64,000 bases of DNA, from contig JBDHWD010000003.1 in the NCBI GenBank assembly GCA_039810005.1, positions 3,078 to 67,077 on the forward strand, given 5' to 3'. A program made the translations under genes and the position numbers. The stretch comes from Thermomicrobiales bacterium. Lineage in GTDB: Bacteria; Chloroflexota; Chloroflexia; Thermomicrobiales; CFX8. The first letter of the stretch is position 1; every line of letters starts with the position of its first letter. Positions 61,553 to 64,000 of this stretch are shown here, one piece after another. Below the pieces are notes generated by a model. It was not told the DNA's origin. It saw only the letters and a list, made by a program, of their open reading frames with translations, and ran no database searches.

Positions 61553-62355
61553 CGACAACATCATCGACACTGGCCACCGCGGTTGACTCGCCACTCATCA
61601 TCGGCGGCAAGGAGTTCACCTCGCGCCTGATGGTCGGGACTGGCAAGTACCGGACGAACGAAGAGATGCTCGCCGCGTTTGAGGCGTCCGGCACGCAAAT
61701 CATCACCGTCGCGCTACGGCGCATCGACTTCGACGATCCGAAGAGCCGCAGCGTCCTCGAGGATGTTGACTGGACGCGCTTCCAGATCCTGCCGAACACG
61801 GCCGGCTGCGCAACCGCCGAGGAGGCGATTCGCGTCGCCCGTCTCGCCCGCGCGATGGGTCTGTCCGACTGGATCAAGCTGGAGGTGATCCCCGATCCTG
61901 TCTACCTCTTTCCCGATCCTATCGGCACGCTGAGCGCCGCAGAGACGCTGGTGAAAGAGGGCTTCACCGTTCTGCCGTACATCAACGACGACCCGATCCT
62001 GGCGCGTCGACTGGAGGAGGTCGGCTGCGCGACGGTCATGCCGCTGGCTGCGCCGATCGGCTCCGGGCAGGGACTGGTTCACTTTGACCGCATCCGGATG
62101 ATCGTCGAGCAGGCCAACGTGCCGGTCGTCGTCGATGCGGGTATCGGCGTACCTAGCGATGCATCGAAGGCGATGGAGCTCGGCGCTGATGCCTGCCTGG
62201 TGAACTCGGCGATCGCGCTGGCCGGTAATCCAGCCGCGATGGCCCGCGCAATGGCGCTCGGCGTCGAAGCCGGCCGGGCTGCCTATCTGGCGGGCCGGAT
62301 GGCTCAGCGCTCAGCGGCGTCGCCCAGCAGCCCGACCGCCGGAGTCGTCAGATGA
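61549..62355 (+). CDS. thiG: Thiazole synthase
   Basis: [19 protein letters not shown] ... ILPNTAGC ... KLEVIPD ... [12 protein letters not shown] ... VDAGIG. Confidence 0.9.
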   Translation: MTTTSSTLATAVDSPLIIGGKEFTSRLMVGTGKYRTNEEMLAAFEASGTQIITVALRRIDFDDPKSRSVLEDVDWTRFQILPNTAGCATAEEAIRVARLARAMGLSDWIKLEVIPDPVYLFPDPIGTLSAAETLVKEGFTVLPYINDDPILARRLEEVGCATVMPLAAPIGSGQGLVHFDRIRMIVEQANVPVVVDAGIGVPSDASKAMELGADACLVNSAIALAGNPAAMARAMALGVEAGRAAYLAGRMAQRSAASPSSPTAGVVR

Positions 62356-62984
62356 CGAGCGAGCAGTTGGCAGCGCTGCGCCGCTATCTGGTGACCGATA
62401 TTCGGGCCGGAAGCGTCGAGCGGCTCGTGGAGATTTGCCGGGCAGCGATCGACGGCGGCATGACGACCGTGCAGCTGCGCGCCAAGGGCTGGACCGACAG
62501 GCAGCTTCTTGAGGCCGCCAACGCGCTCGCACCGATTTGCCGGTCATCCGGCGCGCTGCTGATCGTGAACGACCGGGTTGACATTGCACTTGCTGCCGGT
62601 GCAGATGGCGTCCATCTCGGCGTCGATGATCTACCGGTCGCTGCCGCCCGGCGCCTGCTCGGCCCCGCCGCGCTGATCGGCTATTCGCCGGAAACGCTGG
62701 AGGATCGTATCCATGCCGAGCAGGATGGCGCAGACTACCTGGGGGTCGGGCCGGTCTACGGCACGACGACCAAGGGCGATGCCGGTGCTGCGATCGGGCT
62801 CGACGGCATTCGGGCGGCTGTCACGGCGTCACCGCTGCCGATCGTTGGCATCGGTGGGATCGGCATCGACACGGCTCGACCGGTTGTCGAAGCCGGGGCA
62901 GTTGGCGTCGCGCTCGTCGGCGCGGTCTTCCTGAGCGATGACCCGCGCAGTGCAGCCGCGCACCTGGCGAGCGCACTCGGATGA
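62352..62984 (+). CDS. thiE: Thiamine-phosphate synthase
   Basis: LYLVTD-type start (RYLVTD), [44 protein letters not shown]. Confidence 0.85.
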   Translation: MTSEQLAALRRYLVTDIRAGSVERLVEICRAAIDGGMTTVQLRAKGWTDRQLLEAANALAPICRSSGALLIVNDRVDIALAAGADGVHLGVDDLPVAAARRLLGPAALIGYSPETLEDRIHAEQDGADYLGVGPVYGTTTKGDAGAAIGLDGIRAAVTASPLPIVGIGGIGIDTARPVVEAGAVGVALVGAVFLSDDPRSAAAHLASALG

Positions 62985-63601
62985 CCGACCTGTCGCTACC
63001 GCGTCTTCATCTCGTCGGCCCGCTCGACGCCGTAAACGACGCGGCGCTCATCAAGATCGCGACAGCGGCTGCGCTCGGTGGTATCGATGCCGTGCACGTC
63101 CGCCTGCCGGGCCGCCCGGCCGCTGACGTCTTCGACATTGCCCGTCAACTGAAGGCGGCGCTGCCGGTCACGGCCGCGTTGATCGTCAACGACCGGATCG
63201 ACGTAGCAATGGCGGTGAGTGCAACCGGCGTTCAGCTCGGCGAGCGCTCGCTGCCGGTTGACGCGGCGCGCGCAGTCAGCGGGAGCCGACTTCTGCTGGG
63301 GCGCTCGATTCACGACGTTGATGGCGCTCGCAATGCCGCAGAGCTGGGCACCGACTACCTGCTGGCTGGCAACGTCTTCGCGACCGCAAGCCATCCGGGC
63401 GCAGAGGGACGCGGACTCGACTGGCTCGCCAAGATCGTGGAGACGGTGTCGATACCGGTGATCGCGATCGGAGGCATCACCAGCAAGCGCATTGCTGAGG
63501 TCATCGCGACCGGCGCATACGGCGTCGCCGTCGGCCGCGAGATCCTGCTCGCGCCCAATCCACAACAGGCAGCCGAAGATCTACGCATACAGCTCAAATA
63601 A
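62981..63601 (+). CDS. ThiE/TenI-family paralog, TenI-like (candidate thiazole tautomerase)
   Basis: Same fold as thiE, but the phosphate-loop region reads AGNVFATASHPGAEGRG. This resembles B. subtilis TenI (GHVFETDCKKGLEGRG, from memory) rather than the ThiE GPVFPTxTK motif. IPVIAIGGI is conserved. Confidence 0.6.
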   Translation: MTDLSLPRLHLVGPLDAVNDAALIKIATAAALGGIDAVHVRLPGRPAADVFDIARQLKAALPVTAALIVNDRIDVAMAVSATGVQLGERSLPVDAARAVSGSRLLLGRSIHDVDGARNAAELGTDYLLAGNVFATASHPGAEGRGLDWLAKIVETVSIPVIAIGGITSKRIAEVIATGAYGVAVGREILLAPNPQQAAEDLRIQLK

Positions 63602-63611
63602 GGAGAGAAGC

Positions 63612-63836
63612 ATGCAGTCCACAAACGAACAGACCATTGCGCTGACACTGAACGGGCGTCCGACGGAAGTGGTGCCCGGGACGTCGCTCGGTACACTGCT
63701 GGACGACAACGGCATCATCCGCCGCATGATCGCCATCGAGTACAACGGCGAGATCCTGCCGCGCCACCGCTACGACGAAACCATCCTCGCCGACGGCGAC
63801 GAACTGGAGGTCGTCCAGATGGTTGGCGGTGGATGA
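63612..63836 (+). CDS. thiS: Sulfur-carrier protein ThiS (74 aa, C-terminal GG)
   Basis: ATG 63612 follows AGGAGAGAAG. Sequence ends VVQMVGGG. Confidence 0.85.
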   Translation: MQSTNEQTIALTLNGRPTEVVPGTSLGTLLDDNGIIRRMIAIEYNGEILPRHRYDETILADGDELEVVQMVGGG

Positions 63837-63841
63837 TGGCG

Positions 63842-63869
63842 AGACGGGCCACGCGGTGGCGTGGCCCGT
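63842..63869. terminator. Perfect 12-bp hairpin between convergent genes
   Basis: GACGGGCCACGC ggtg GCGTGGCCCGTC, directly after the thiS stop. Confidence 0.5.
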
Positions 63870-63881
63870 CAGGTCGCGAAG

Positions 63882-64000
63882 CTACTCCTCGCGATACCAG
63901 TTCTTGAGATCCCAGGTTGAGCTCGCCCACGGCGTGCCTTCAAACCCGCGCAGATTCGCTCGTGCCGCCGTCACGGCGTTGCGATGGACGAGCGTGATCT
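63882..64000 (-). CDS. 3' end of a minus-strand gene running off the right edge; possibly a family-5 ABC substrate-binding protein
   Basis: Manual translation of the minus strand: ...ITLVHRNAVTAARANLRGFEGTPWASSTWDLKNWYREE*, with TAG at 63884-63882. The C-terminal pattern resembles peptide/nickel SBPs; weak evidence. Confidence 0.3.
   Translation of the reverse strand, partial: ITLVHRNAVTAARANLRGFEGTPWASSTWDLKNWYREE

Noticed and set aside
1-64000. Looked for rRNA, tRNA cloverleaves, CRISPR repeat-spacer arrays, transposase/integrase genes, and IS-type terminal inverted repeats
   Set aside because: None recognised by eye in any intergenic region or ORF translation. A tRNAscan-SE/Infernal/ISfinder pass would be needed to exclude small or degenerate elements.

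Overview
GC-rich bacterial chromosomal window. All family calls come from reading the supplied translations and the DNA by eye; no searches were run. GTG/TTG starts are frequent and genes are densely packed. Sortase, MurT/GatD, LysM/M23 and Tat-lipoprotein signals point to a monoderm-like high-GC lineage (Actinomycetota or Chloroflexota/Thermomicrobia; not resolved). The ORF track holds many long antisense shadow ORFs; I kept only frames with recognisable motifs, ribosome-binding sites (RBS) or operon logic.

Content, left to right:
- 1-3618: a minus-strand class-I-type lanthipeptide locus. It has two paralogous precursors, lanC, a separate LanB elimination-domain gene, and the 5' end of a LanB glutamylation-domain gene that runs off the left edge.
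- 4.2-19.5 kb: an island of peptide-degrading enzymes (DUF1177, two S9 peptidases, M24, IadA-like amidohydrolase, M55 DppA, BNR/sortilin-like protein, isoaspartyl peptidase). It is interrupted by a stand-alone PLAT-domain gene and a fused SLT+NlpC/P60 wall hydrolase.
- 19.6-24.0 kb: a 1478-aa fusion of Cas4/RecB-like nuclease, RNase-H-like domain and SF1B helicase.
- Next: glgX; padR-modB-modC; M50/CBS protease; aldo-keto reductase; amidinotransferase-fold enzyme; VanW; FHA; TerC.
- 36.9-41.0 kb: an mreB-mreC-murT-gatD operon, followed by a LysM/M23 peptidase.
- 43.3-50.3 kb: a siderophore-type ABC importer with a tandem-duplicated binding protein and a fused double ATPase, plus an FhuF-like reductase.
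- 50.9-53.0 kb: a three-gene module (MPNTG-sorted SOD-like protein, cupredoxin lipoprotein, sortase) behind a long leader.
- Right end: tandem M20 amidohydrolases; ClbS-like protein; MMPL transporter; an orphan radical-SAM/SPASM enzyme; and a TPP riboswitch controlling thiD-thiG-thiE-tenI-like-thiS.

Most interesting:
- The two lanthipeptide precursors have a core of 8 or 5 back-to-back T-x-x-C units, encoded with 12-nt periodicity. The core sits in the middle of the peptide, between a conserved N-terminal helix and a conserved C-terminal follower.
- Two perfect and one near-perfect TGTGA-N6-TCACA palindromes occur, each positioned just upstream of a minus-strand promoter-like element.

I saw no rRNA, tRNA, CRISPR array or transposase.
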